DNA of 64,000 nucleotides from Candidatus Bathyarchaeota archaeon (lineage in GTDB: Archaea > Thermoproteota > Bathyarchaeia > Bathyarchaeales > Bathycorpusculaceae), in assembly GCA_963717465.1 (NCBI GenBank), contig OY970340.1, positions 1,440,001 to 1,504,000 of the forward strand, in the 5' to 3' direction. The position numbers were made by a program, and so were the translations under genes. How positions within the stretch are numbered: position 1 is the stretch's first letter; each line of letters begins with the position of its first letter. This document shows, one piece after another, positions 1 through 10,685 of the stretch. The notes under the pieces were generated by a model that did no database searches, was not told the origin of the DNA, and saw only the letters and a program-made list of their open reading frames with translations.

Positions 1-2
1 AA

Positions 3-602
3 CGAAAAATTGAACTGGCATACATAAGCACTGTCGGAGTATTTTATGGGGATAAACATGAACCCTACACAGAATTTGACGAACCAAATCCAATTAACTT
101 CTATGGCAGAAGCAAACTCGAAGGCGAAAAGATAGTCCAAAATTTGTTAAAACATTATTACATCGTGCGAGCTGGCTGGATGTTTGGTGGGGGTCCAACA
201 AGAGACAAAAAATTCGTAGGAAAAATCATTAAACTAATTTCTGAAACCAAAAATCTCAAGGTGGTTAATGATAAAATAGGAAGCCCAACATATACTGTGG
301 ACTTTTCCGAATGCTTGGCAGATTTAATTGAAACTGGCTATTATGGCCTCTATCATTTTACGAATAATGGAAGCGGTTCTAGATTCGATGTAGCTAAGAA
401 GATTGTAGACTTTCTGGGCAAATCCGACGTGATGATCGAACCCGTGAGTTCCGCATGTTTTCCACTACCCGCTACTAGGGCAAACTCAGAGATGTCGAGA
501 AACTATAAGCTGGAACTTCTAAAAATGGGTACGACAAGGACTTGGGAAGAAGCCCTTGAAGACTACATCGAAACATATTGGAAAAAATATCCTAACCTAT
601 AG
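3..602 (+). CDS. rmlD: dTDP-4-dehydrorhamnose reductase (5' partial)
   Basis: Frame is open from the window edge: AYISTVGVFYGDKHEPYTEFDEPNPINFYGRSKLEGE (YxxxK motif), then VVNDKIGSPT, typical of RmlD. Confidence 0.9.
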   Translation, partial: RKIELAYISTVGVFYGDKHEPYTEFDEPNPINFYGRSKLEGEKIVQNLLKHYYIVRAGWMFGGGPTRDKKFVGKIIKLISETKNLKVVNDKIGSPTYTVDFSECLADLIETGYYGLYHFTNNGSGSRFDVAKKIVDFLGKSDVMIEPVSSACFPLPATRANSEMSRNYKLELLKMGTTRTWEEALEDYIETYWKKYPNL

Positions 603-800
603 CAATAGTGTGAATTATTCATCATCAATTTCAAAGTTACTCCAGACATTCAAATGACTTTTAATAATATTTTAATGGTTGAAGTCATAGGTATTGCTTT
701 AAGACAGAAAAGATCAATTAGAAAATATATATGTTGATTTTTTTTATCTATCCATAATTTGGCATTTGAAAGGAGAGGGTGAAGAAAAATAAAGGTTTTT

Positions 801-1901
801 TTGTTATCCAGGAAAGCCTACGATAACGGAGAGCGTGATTATTTTGTATTTGGAGGCATGCACAGATATATTTTTGAACTTTGTAATGGATTGCTTAAGC
901 AAAGAGTTAGCTTGGAATGCTTAACACAAAGCTTTAGAGCAAAACCATTCGGATCGGCATCGAGTGTATTGTTTTATGATTTTGGTATTTTCTTTCCCCT
1001 ACTTAAGAGATTAAAGAGGAAACCTGATGAAGTATTTCATGCAGTCTTTCCAGAGCAAGGTCTGTTTTTTCCTTTGCTTAGGAATAAGAATAGCGTAGTG
1101 ACATTTCATCACCTATCAGATTTCGAGAGCGCCGATGGGATTTATGGGTTGATTTATTGCCTGTATGAGTGGGTTTCTTATAAGATAGTTGCAAAATATG
1201 CAACAAAAATAATTGCGGTGTCTAGCTTAACTAAGGATGAGTTGATTTCACGGTTGGGCGTCAATCAAGATAAGATTTCAGTTATATCACAGGGCATAGA
1301 TGACAGATTTAAGCCTAAAGACAAATTCGATGACAAAGACTTCTTTATTGTTGGATCTATAGGCGGGTTAGGTAAAAGAAAGGGCATGGATTTTATGATA
1401 AGTACAATCCATTCATTTGTAAAAAAATACCCTAATGTTAAAGTTAAATTTAGAATTTATGGAAGAGGAAGCCAGCAAGGTATGATAAAAAATACTATCA
1501 GAAGTTTAGGATTAGAAGAAAAAGTGGAACTCGAAGGTTACGCAGAAGAATCTGCCTTACCAGAAATTTACACTTCCTTTGATGTTTTTCTATTTTGTAG
1601 TACCCTTGAAGGCTTTGGTTTTCCAATATTGGAAAGCCAAAAGTCAGGAGTGCCCGTATTGTTGAGGAAGGCTCTGAGAATCCCAAAAGAAGTATCAGAG
1701 TGTGGTGTAAAATGTACAAGCGTAGAGGATATGGCGGATAAACTTTTTACTCTGCTAAAGGATAAAAAACTTTATAGCCAAATTCGCCAAAGAGGAATAA
1801 AATATTCTGAAAGATTTACGTGGGAGAATTGTGCTAAAGAAACTATTAAGGTATACAAAGAACTTAGTTGGAAGCCTATTCAAGAAAAAGCGAAGGATTA
1901 A
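801..1901 (+). CDS. GT4 (GT-B) glycosyltransferase
   Basis: IIAVSSLTK, RKG, EGFGFPILE (ExFGxxxxE), FTWENCA motifs. Confidence 0.9.
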   Translation: MLSRKAYDNGERDYFVFGGMHRYIFELCNGLLKQRVSLECLTQSFRAKPFGSASSVLFYDFGIFFPLLKRLKRKPDEVFHAVFPEQGLFFPLLRNKNSVVTFHHLSDFESADGIYGLIYCLYEWVSYKIVAKYATKIIAVSSLTKDELISRLGVNQDKISVISQGIDDRFKPKDKFDDKDFFIVGSIGGLGKRKGMDFMISTIHSFVKKYPNVKVKFRIYGRGSQQGMIKNTIRSLGLEEKVELEGYAEESALPEIYTSFDVFLFCSTLEGFGFPILESQKSGVPVLLRKALRIPKEVSECGVKCTSVEDMADKLFTLLKDKKLYSQIRQRGIKYSERFTWENCAKETIKVYKELSWKPIQEKAKD

Positions 1902-1990
1902 AAATAAACTTATTTCTCTGAACGGATACTCTCAGCTAAGATTTGGGTTAAAGCAAACATTAAGTTTTCTAATTGGCGAGTAGATAAAAA

Positions 1991-4900
1991 TTGAGTTTAC
2001 TTGGCAGTATCAAGAGTTTTTATGAAAAACATCCCCTTCGAACTAATTTAGCCATTTTGGTGGCTACAATTATTGCGTTAACACTTCCGTATTTATTGGA
2101 TTACAAGTTACCTTTCGGCTTTATGAGTGACCTATCAAGCGAGTATAAATGGTTTCTTGAAGTCACTCTTTTCTTGAAAAAAGGCGAAATATTGCCACTT
2201 TCTTGGGATGTTCTATATTCTAGCGCAAATTACTCTTTAAACATTTATTCAATGTTTCACTATTTGTTTTTCGTAATTTTCAATGGCAATACCGTTTACA
2301 CATATAAAGTGTACATAATTTTTGAAATTTTTGTTTGTGGTCTTTCTATGCTTTTTGTGTCTTACAAGTTGTCTGGACATCGATTCGGTAGTTTGCTTGC
2401 AGCCATTTTCTATATACTGACGCCGTATTTTCTATACGAGCTAACGGCTCACATTTATTATTTATGGGGGTATGCGCTACTTCCATTAGCCTATTACTTG
2501 ATTTACCTTGCGTTAATTAATAAAAGCATTAAATTTGCCATTTTAGCTGGACTAGCTTTAGTTGCCGTCACAATTTTTGCTACTACAGAGCTAATTTATG
2601 AAAACGGAATACCTCTCGCTATATTTTCATTGCTAATCATAATTTTTCATTTTAACCCAAAAAACATAAAAAAGGAAACCAAAACCGTTTTGGTAAGAAT
2701 TGGATTACTTTTAATCGTTATAATAGTAACGCTTTTACTATCAGCTTACATAATTGTTGGGACTTACACGTCTTCTGGTGTTCCCGCAACAAATACGTTC
2801 TCCCAATATCAACAGTTAAGCGCTTACTCAAACAACTTTTGGCAGTCTTTTTTCCTTCTTCCAACCAATTCCACTTTTTCAAACACTTTTATTCCTGTTG
2901 TAATACTCCTGCCAATCCTTTCAGTAATTCTATTATTTTTTGAACGAAAGAAGCTTTACTACATTACGCTCATCACTGGTTTATTTGCGGTAGCATTAAG
3001 CGTTGGCATTAATACGCCTTTATGGGTTGCTTTGACAAGGTTCTTGCCCATTTTTAATGATATACAAGTGGCCTATCGTTTTTTGATAACCGTCAGCATG
3101 GTGTTTTCCATGATGGCAGGAATTTCAATAGACGTAATTCTAACAAAGCTTTTCCATATGTATCAAGCTCGACCAAAATTTACTCAAAAAAACAGGATTA
3201 ATAAAATAAAGCTTTTCCATAAAAATCGCGAAAACAATAGCCATGGGTTTCAGTCATTAATTTGGCATTCTAAAATCAAAATATTACTCGCTTTAGCGAT
3301 AATTATTATTATCCTTATACCCATCTCATACGTATTTTTTGAAGCCAATCTCGCCTATAGCAATATTGGTCCACTTACAAGTTATGAACCACAAATCAGT
3401 CCCCAAGACTCGTACGTTGTTCAGCTAAATCCATCTTTCTATTCGGCAATAGAAAATTGGTTAGACAACGCAGACCCTCAACACACTTATAGAGTAATTG
3501 ATTTAGCATCTCCGGATGGAAAATTATTCTCATTTGATCAAAGCGCATTTGATTATTTGTATTCGGTCGACCTTTTCTTCACATATTATCAATCGCCATC
3601 CTTCGCTCAAATTCTTTCTCAATTTGGCGTCAAGTATATCGTTTGCTTGAACAATACCCAAGGTTTCCTAGGCAATGATATAGGGAATGAAATTTCTTTT
3701 GCAGAAATTAATAATGTTTTGTCTAACTCTTCTAATTTTAAAGTAGCTTACCAACTTGAAAATGTAGTTATCTACGAGAATAAACTTACAATGCCATGGA
3801 TCTATTTAGCATCTGGAGTGCTAACTGTTGGAGGCCCTCAAGCTTTATCACTTTTTGACACACTAAACACTACACAAAACTGGACTCTTATTTACGCAGA
3901 TCAGCTTTCAAATGATCAACTTCAAAACTTCAGCAGCTTCAAAACAATTTTGTTTGAAGACACAGATATTACAGACCTAGCGTTGATGAAAATAAATAAT
4001 TTCATTGACCCATCAAATTATATTGACATAGAAAACCCTGACGGCTGGCAAATAGTTCGAACCTATAGCTTCACAGTTGATCATCCGTTTTTAAGGGTTC
4101 AAAACGCGAAAGATGGAGAGATGGGATTCTCAAACTATTTTGCATACACTGATGAAACTGCGAGTCTAAGAATGCCTATCAGTGTGACGCAAACTGGAAA
4201 CTATAGCATCTGGATACGAGTGTTAGGCACATCAAATGACTCGATTTCATTAACTATAGATTCGGGTCAAACAGCAACGGCAAGTCTTACCAATGCTTCG
4301 GGTTTCCAATGGATTAAAATAAGCGCGTATCTTGAAAAGGGTACTCATCAGCTTTTGATACAAAATGATCAGCCAATTTCCCTTTATCTAGACGTGGTCT
4401 CTTTAGTCTCACAACAACAACTTCAAAGTCAAATTGATCAATTAACTACAATGATAAACCAAGCAGGTTTGAACACTCTTTACCTCTTAGATTGTGCCAA
4501 TTTCTTTTCTGGTCAAAACACTTATGACACCCAAGAGATGTCCTCTTTTGCCTCGGCTGAAAATTCTGGAACATTACTAATGGAACCGAACTCAACAGCA
4601 ACTGCAAATTTATACTTTGCAACTGACGGAAACTATACTTTAGGTCTCAGATTAGTTGCACCCTCAGGAAACATCAAAATATTACTCGACAATACCACAA
4701 TTTATCAGGGGTCTATCACATCGAGCACCGCAAACTGGGTTTGGCTCACAATTAATTCAGTATTCATTAGCACAGGCGATCATACGATAACAATTGAAAA
4801 TTCAATTAATGATAGCAACTTAGATTTCATGTATATCTCGACAACTGCAAACACCGAAACCGCAATTGCTCAAAACCTAAATTCGTCGTCAACTTCGATC

Positions 4901-5272
4901 GAATCATATTCCCCTATCCTATTTCCTGAAGACAACATAGGAACGGTTAATTTTACTCAAACAGGATTGCTAAATTGGGCAGGAAATGTGAAGGCAAATG
5001 AAACAGCGTTCCTTGTATTTTTGGAATCTTATGTCCCAGATAGATGGTTTGCACAAATAGAAAACTACTCTTTATCGGACACCCCTTTACCAGCTAATTA
5101 CATTTTTAACGCTTTTCCGATAAATCTGACAATAAGTCAATTCGAGATTTCGTATTCTCAACCGTTATTGATAACAACAAGTCAGTTAGTTTCTGCCATT
5201 AGTGGGATAATAGTTGCATCAACGATAGTTATGATTTATTTTGAAATACGCCGTGATAAAAAACAAAAATGA
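1991..5272 (+). CDS. Large multi-pass membrane protein, YfhO/GT-C-like N-terminus with extracellular CBM-like beta-sandwich repeats
   Basis: About 12 hydrophobic segments in the first 450 aa, RF motif (QVAYRFL), GVKYIV, two similar beta-rich units (GNYSIWIR..GTHQLLIQN..LD and GNYTLGLR..GDHTITIEN..LD), C-terminal TM helix with basic tail. Confidence 0.7.
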   Translation: MSLLGSIKSFYEKHPLRTNLAILVATIIALTLPYLLDYKLPFGFMSDLSSEYKWFLEVTLFLKKGEILPLSWDVLYSSANYSLNIYSMFHYLFFVIFNGNTVYTYKVYIIFEIFVCGLSMLFVSYKLSGHRFGSLLAAIFYILTPYFLYELTAHIYYLWGYALLPLAYYLIYLALINKSIKFAILAGLALVAVTIFATTELIYENGIPLAIFSLLIIIFHFNPKNIKKETKTVLVRIGLLLIVIIVTLLLSAYIIVGTYTSSGVPATNTFSQYQQLSAYSNNFWQSFFLLPTNSTFSNTFIPVVILLPILSVILLFFERKKLYYITLITGLFAVALSVGINTPLWVALTRFLPIFNDIQVAYRFLITVSMVFSMMAGISIDVILTKLFHMYQARPKFTQKNRINKIKLFHKNRENNSHGFQSLIWHSKIKILLALAIIIIILIPISYVFFEANLAYSNIGPLTSYEPQISPQDSYVVQLNPSFYSAIENWLDNADPQHTYRVIDLASPDGKLFSFDQSAFDYLYSVDLFFTYYQSPSFAQILSQFGVKYIVCLNNTQGFLGNDIGNEISFAEINNVLSNSSNFKVAYQLENVVIYENKLTMPWIYLASGVLTVGGPQALSLFDTLNTTQNWTLIYADQLSNDQLQNFSSFKTILFEDTDITDLALMKINNFIDPSNYIDIENPDGWQIVRTYSFTVDHPFLRVQNAKDGEMGFSNYFAYTDETASLRMPISVTQTGNYSIWIRVLGTSNDSISLTIDSGQTATASLTNASGFQWIKISAYLEKGTHQLLIQNDQPISLYLDVVSLVSQQQLQSQIDQLTTMINQAGLNTLYLLDCANFFSGQNTYDTQEMSSFASAENSGTLLMEPNSTATANLYFATDGNYTLGLRLVAPSGNIKILLDNTTIYQGSITSSTANWVWLTINSVFISTGDHTITIENSINDSNLDFMYISTTANTETAIAQNLNSSSTSIESYSPILFPEDNIGTVNFTQTGLLNWAGNVKANETAFLVFLESYVPDRWFAQIENYSLSDTPLPANYIFNAFPINLTISQFEISYSQPLLITTSQLVSAISGIIVASTIVMIYFEIRRDKKQK

Positions 5273-5464
5273 GTGAAATACTTTGTTATGCTATTGTTTC
5301 AGATTTATTTAATATAATACGCCTCATACGATGGATTAACAGCATATTATTTTTTAACGCTAAATCATATGACATTAGATGGATTACTTAAATTTTAACC
5401 CAATCATCGGAAAATTATCATTGTAAAATAAAAAATAATAATATAAATGGGGTTAAACAAATCA

Positions 5465-6475
5465 TTAAAATTTATCTCTTGGGCGTGTCACGCTAAAAGT
5501 TATTGTTGATTTTTCTAGCAGTACATTTGGGGCATCAGTTGGATGCTCTTCAAGTACTAATTGAAGTTCTTTCAACGATATATTCGAGAAATACAAAGGC
5601 AAATTAACTCCGCTTTTACTGTATAAAGAACGAACTATTCTGTTTTTCTTCACTTTGTCCTCGAAGATAGCGAATCTGACCATGAAGTCATTTTCCTGCA
5701 AGATTTTAAAAATTTCATTTAATTTATTTCTTGAGAGAAAAACTGGATGCAATTCAACAAGAATTTTAATATCACATTTAAGTGTCTTAGGCATTCCTTT
5801 TAGTATTTCATATTCATAGCCTTCAACATCCATACGAATAAGTTTCGGTGTTAACTTTTCTTCTAGAAAAGTGTCAACCGTTTGTTCAGAGACTGGTTGA
5901 ACGTCTAAAATTTTTCCTCCAGCAGACTCTTTATTCATAGAGCTTAAGTTAGATGCGCTAGAAACATAAACTGTGGATTCTCTATTTTGACCTCCGAAGG
6001 CTAATTGGTAAATCTTCACATTTTTTAAATTATTTAACTTAACATTAATTTTTAATAATTCTATGGTGCTTTTGACTGGTTCTACTGCGTATACGGTTCC
6101 TTTTGTCCCAACAAGTTTGGATTCGATTAGTGTATAGTAGCCTATATTGGCGCCAGCATCTAACACTACATCGCCTTCTTTAATGATGCCATCATGGATT
6201 AAGTGGTCCGTGCAAATGCACTCTCTTTTTTTATATAAGTATAAATCTCTGTGTATAGTGCCTTTTTTTGGATAAAGTATCATTTTGGAATTGTTTACCG
6301 TCACAATGACGCTGCCTTTAGGCAGGTATTTTAACCATAAAAGAAATATATCGAGGAATGCTGCAATTGTCACAGAAACCTTTTCTTTAAAACTCTTGGA
6401 ATTAAACGATTTAATTATTATGTAAGGGGAAGTAACCATTTTTATAGTTGGTCCGTACTTTACAGCAGCATTCAA
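5465..6475 (-). CDS. FkbM-family SAM methyltransferase
   Basis: VLDAGANIGYYT, AVEP, RMDVEGYE. Start codon uncertain. Confidence 0.9.
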   Translation of the reverse strand: MNAAVKYGPTIKMVTSPYIIIKSFNSKSFKEKVSVTIAAFLDIFLLWLKYLPKGSVIVTVNNSKMILYPKKGTIHRDLYLYKKRECICTDHLIHDGIIKEGDVVLDAGANIGYYTLIESKLVGTKGTVYAVEPVKSTIELLKINVKLNNLKNVKIYQLAFGGQNRESTVYVSSASNLSSMNKESAGGKILDVQPVSEQTVDTFLEEKLTPKLIRMDVEGYEYEILKGMPKTLKCDIKILVELHPVFLSRNKLNEIFKILQENDFMVRFAIFEDKVKKNRIVRSLYSKSGVNLPLYFSNISLKELQLVLEEHPTDAPNVLLEKSTITFSVTRPRDKF

Positions 6476-6600
6476 AGTCCAAATAAAACTTTTCGGATAG
6501 AACAGTAAAAAATTACATTTGAACGATTAAGAAGCTGATAGTTTTTGGATTCTTATGTATAAATGCGAGCTAAAAGAAATTCGCCATGTTGCTTGCATAC

Positions 6601-6973
6601 TTATGCCCGTTGCTCTCCATCCGCAGAAACGCCATCCTTATTGGTCATTATGGGGTATGCCCAACAGTACTTCTGTAGACTCAACCAAATCTGCTCCTGC
6701 TGCTTAATAGTAGCACTGTTTGGGTTCTGTTCGTCTGATTGCAAAAGCGTCATCTTCCCGCAAAGGCAAATAGACGTCTGGCACTTTAATTGACTTTTTT
6801 TCTCCATTAGCTATCTCTGCTTTAATCTTCTTTTCTCCAACTATTCTATTAATCCAGTTCCAAAAATCCTGCCTTTCACTTTCTAGCCACTTCCTGACCC
6901 TCTCTAAGCATTCCATCAATTCCTTCTTGAAATGTGCATGATGAATCCTAAAATTACCACTGCTCAACCTCAT
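6601..6973 (-). pseudogene. Fragmented hypothetical gene remnant
   Basis: Two overlapping short ORFs (89 aa and 68 aa) in different frames with protein-like composition; family not recognised. Confidence 0.3.
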
Positions 6974-7339
6974 TCAGCATAAGCATGCCAGCTAATCTTC
7001 GAGTTTTTCTGATTTTGGTGGCTCTCAAGATGTGCAAAACTGTCGGCTTACCATGCCTGTTGTTGGATGTTAATTAGTCTGCTTTTTGTCTTTTTTATTG
7101 TAATTTTTTGGTTACCATTTGTCTGCCTAAATGTATTTTTTATAAGATTTTTTAAAAATTAAGTAAAAAATTTACTATATGTCATAAATTTCTAATTATT
7201 ATTATGGTTTATTCAGATAAAGGTTTTTAAATATAATCAATAGATTCAGTAAAAATAACTCAATAGCATAGAGGTTTAGTCAACGACAATTAGGAATCCA
7301 TCCCAAGGAGATACTTCTAGTTCTCTGGAGAGAGCTAAT

Positions 7340-7669
7340 TTGATAAAGTTGCGGCTGAGGGCAATGCACGCCGGCGTCTGGTTTAAACGATTATCGCGAA
7401 TAGATCGTGCTCTTGTTGATTTAACGATAAGAGTTGCAAAGGTCAGAATTTATGGCGCTTCACTGGTTCATCGACTTCTCACTGTTACGTCCAAACTTGA
7501 GGATCTTCTTGAAAGCAAACTTTCCCTGATGACAAAGCAAATCGGTATGCCACTGACAAGCAAACTGGGTACTTTAGCGCAAAAATGGGGCAATGCAGCG
7601 GCAAAGTTGTGGATTAACAATCCAGAGTTTGCAAGGTACCTAACTGTCATGAAGCTTAATGCTAACTAA
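7340..7669 (+). CDS. Basic helical hypothetical protein (GVWF..L.R.DRAL.DLTIR type)
   Basis: Resembles a small hypothetical family I recall near archaeal surface-glycan genes (not verified). Frame is open back to 7280, with GAGG at 7271. Confidence 0.7.
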   Translation: MIKLRLRAMHAGVWFKRLSRIDRALVDLTIRVAKVRIYGASLVHRLLTVTSKLEDLLESKLSLMTKQIGMPLTSKLGTLAQKWGNAAAKLWINNPEFARYLTVMKLNAN

Positions 7670-7825
7670 TTAAATCATCATTATTCCAGGTAAAGCGTCT
7701 TTTGATTGTTGCTAAGTTAAAAATGAACAAAGGATTACGGTCATTTCAAGAATTGGCTAAGCAGAAAGGAATCGATTCATTCCACTATCCAACTCTTGAA
7801 TCAGTAAAATTCGAAGTAGCAACAT

Positions 7826-8788
7826 TTGGTTATAAATAGCGAAATACTAGTCAAAGCAACATTAAGTACTAGAGAACCAAGTACTCTGATTTCAAAGATA
7901 ACAAAGAATGACGTAACAGTTGTCATTCCCGTCAAGAATGAAGAATTAGCCATCAGCTTAGTACTGGACGAACTTTCCCAAGAAGGATATGAAAACATTC
8001 TTGTTATCGATGGTTACTCTACAGATAAAACCATCGAAATCATCAAGCAAAGAAGAAGCATAGCCTTGCTTCAGCAACATGGTAAAGGCAAAACCGCTGC
8101 AATACGAACGGCTATTGAAAACGTTACAACATCCTACATTTTGGTCCTTGATGGAGATTTCACTTACCCGGCAAAAGACATCCAGCGCTTACTCAACCAT
8201 TCAAGCAGTTATGCTCACATAATAGGCGTTAGGGACCAAAAAAATATCAGCTTATTTCACAGGCTCGGAAACTGGATAATAACTAAATCTTTCAACCTTC
8301 TGATGAATAGTCACCTCTCAGACATTTGTTCAGGAATGTATCTTCTAAGAACCGACGTAGCCCGTAACCTGGAATTATGCTCTAGAAACTTTGCTACGGA
8401 AGTAGAAATAGCCGCCCAAACAGTAGCCGATTACGAAGTAACCGAGGTCCCTATTGGGTATAGATCCAGAATAGGCAAAGCAAAACTTTCATGGCGCAAC
8501 GGCTTTGGAATCTTATCATCCGTTGTCGGCCTCGCAAGAAAATACAATCCAGTACTACTTTACTCAGCGATATCCATCCTATCCATAATCCCAGCGTTCA
8601 CCCTCCTAATTTGGGCAGCTCTTAGCAAATTAACAACAGGAGTTTGGCACAGCGGCTGGGCACTACTCGGTGTAATGCTCCTACTCTTCTCTTCTCAAGC
8701 TTTTGCAATCGGAAGCTTGGTTATTCTAATAAAAAGAACTGAAAAAAGATTAATTCAACGCATTGAAAGAGTGAGAAAGAACGAGTAA
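7826..8788 (+). CDS. GT2 polyprenol-phosphate glycosyltransferase (Dpm1/AglJ-like)
   Basis: VVIPVKNEE, IDGYSTDKT, LDGDFTYP, SDICSG, two C-terminal TM helices. Confidence 0.9.
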   Translation: MVINSEILVKATLSTREPSTLISKITKNDVTVVIPVKNEELAISLVLDELSQEGYENILVIDGYSTDKTIEIIKQRRSIALLQQHGKGKTAAIRTAIENVTTSYILVLDGDFTYPAKDIQRLLNHSSSYAHIIGVRDQKNISLFHRLGNWIITKSFNLLMNSHLSDICSGMYLLRTDVARNLELCSRNFATEVEIAAQTVADYEVTEVPIGYRSRIGKAKLSWRNGFGILSSVVGLARKYNPVLLYSAISILSIIPAFTLLIWAALSKLTTGVWHSGWALLGVMLLLFSSQAFAIGSLVILIKRTEKRLIQRIERVRKNE

Positions 8789-8804
8789 GTCAATAAAAGT
8801 TTCA

Positions 8805-9629
8805 ATGGATAAAGACCTTATCATCGTTGACGCCCTATCAATTGCACTTATGATAACAATTTTTTCTGCTCCATTATCACCACTTAGAATTATACTAGGA
8901 TTACCCTTCGTCCTCCTCTTCCCCGGATACGCATTAATCAATGCATTATTCCCAAAGAAAAACGATTTAGACATATTAGAACGATCAGCTTTAAGCATTG
9001 GACTAAGCATAGCGATTGTTCCTCTGGTTGGATTAGCTCTAAATTATTCTCCTTGGGGAATAAGGCTGCTTCCTATAATGGCTTCACTTTTCACATTCAC
9101 TTTACTCATGTCCGCAATAACCAGATATAGAAGATCAAAACTATCCGTCGATCAAAGACTCAAATTTTCACTCTCTGTTAAAATTCCCAGTTGGAATGCA
9201 ATACGCAAAGCCGATAAACTTTTTGTTATAGGCTTTTTGGTTAGCATTATGGTAGTTGGCAGTTTAATGGTTTATCTTGTTTCAACTCCGCAAACTGGTC
9301 AACAGTTTACCGAGTTTTACGTGCTTGGTTCAAACGGCCAATTATCCGATTATCCGACCAATTTGACGATTGGAGAAAACGCGACTCTTGCACTTTGCAT
9401 TGTAAACCATGAGTCTGAAAACGTTACTTATCATATTGTTATTACGCTTAACAACAGCACAATTGAAACGATAAATAACATTACCTTGAGCAACGGAGAA
9501 ACATGGGATCAAAACTACACTTTAACTCCAACCAAAACTGGAGATAACATGAATCTCAGTTTCTTACTCTATCGAGAAGGCTTGGACACTCCATACAGAA
9601 GTTTACAGTTATGGATAAACGTTCAGTAG
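8805..9629 (+). CDS. DUF1616-family membrane protein
   Basis: LGLPFVLLFPGYALINALFP, ERSALSIGLS, FTEFYVLG, YRSLQLWINV. Confidence 0.85.
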   Translation: MDKDLIIVDALSIALMITIFSAPLSPLRIILGLPFVLLFPGYALINALFPKKNDLDILERSALSIGLSIAIVPLVGLALNYSPWGIRLLPIMASLFTFTLLMSAITRYRRSKLSVDQRLKFSLSVKIPSWNAIRKADKLFVIGFLVSIMVVGSLMVYLVSTPQTGQQFTEFYVLGSNGQLSDYPTNLTIGENATLALCIVNHESENVTYHIVITLNNSTIETINNITLSNGETWDQNYTLTPTKTGDNMNLSFLLYREGLDTPYRSLQLWINVQ

Positions 9630-10429
9630 CAAGAATAAAAGTAACACAAGAACTAAAAATATTCGTTTTCTACATTTTCCTCATTGCAATAGCTGAGACT
9701 TTAACATCACTAATTAATCCGATTGCAGGACTTTTTATGCATTCAATGATCCTTGTCTCTCTGATAGCCTTGTCAGCTTTCTGGCAAAAAACAAAAAATG
9801 CCTCAAACCTTTTCCTTTGTCTCTCAATGGCGCCGTTAATTAGAATATTCAGCCTATCCTTGCCTCTGCAATACTTGCCCACTTACTGCTGGTATTTGGT
9901 AGCTGCAATACCAATGTTTATTGCTAGCATTACTGTGATGAAAATCCAAGGCTTAAGCTTGACCAACGTGGGAATCACGTTCAAGAAACCCATTATTCAA
10001 CTTTTAGTTATGTTAACTGGTATACCTTTCGGAATCATCGAATACTTGATCTTAAAGCCTGAGTCTATTGCGATGGGGCTATCAACCGATAGTATCATTT
10101 TTCTTGCTTTCGGATTAATACTAGCCACAGGATTTGTCGAAGAACTGCTTTTCAGAGGAATCTTCCTCAGCAATGCAGTGAAAACATTCGGCGACAAAGC
10201 AGGACTAATCACTATAACCGCGATTTTCGCAATTCTTCACATCGGCTGGCTAAGTGTACTCGACGTAGGTTTTGTTTTCATCATAGGTTTATTTTTTGGA
10301 TTCTTGACGCTTAAAACTGGAAGTATCGCTGGCGTTAGCGTGTCCCATGGGTTAAACAATGTTGTCCTGTTTCTAATCATGCCTTCGATAAACCTGATAA
10401 ACCTTATAAGCTTAATTATGCCTAAATAG
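9611..10429 (+). CDS. CPBP-family (Abi/CAAX type II) intramembrane protease
   Basis: EELLFRG (EExxxR), FAILH (FxxxH) and HGLNN (HxxxN) catalytic motifs; multi-pass membrane protein. Confidence 0.9.
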   Translation: MDKRSVARIKVTQELKIFVFYIFLIAIAETLTSLINPIAGLFMHSMILVSLIALSAFWQKTKNASNLFLCLSMAPLIRIFSLSLPLQYLPTYCWYLVAAIPMFIASITVMKIQGLSLTNVGITFKKPIIQLLVMLTGIPFGIIEYLILKPESIAMGLSTDSIIFLAFGLILATGFVEELLFRGIFLSNAVKTFGDKAGLITITAIFAILHIGWLSVLDVGFVFIIGLFFGFLTLKTGSIAGVSVSHGLNNVVLFLIMPSINLINLISLIMPK

Positions 10430-10445
10430 TATCCAGTTGTCTGCC

Positions 10446-10685
10446 ATGATCTCAACAGTAACCACAACAACCGTAACCACAATCGTGACATTAACTACTA
10501 CTGGTATAAGCTTAGGCGTAATAGCTATCATACTGCTCATAGCCTTGCTGGGTGCACAGGAAGTTGCTACAGCCGACACGCGGCTTTCTCTAAAAGCCTT
10601 AGGCAAATACTTAAATGTTAGTGTACTGCCGCTACTATCAGTTTTTACATTAATTATACTTTTGAAAGTACTTGAAATTGCTTGA
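10446..10685 (+). CDS. Small two-TM membrane protein with Thr-rich N-terminus
   Basis: ATG at 10446: MISTVTTTTVTTIVTLTTTG followed by two hydrophobic helices; starts 16 nt after the CPBP stop. Confidence 0.75.
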   Translation: MISTVTTTTVTTIVTLTTTGISLGVIAIILLIALLGAQEVATADTRLSLKALGKYLNVSVLPLLSVFTLIILLKVLEIA

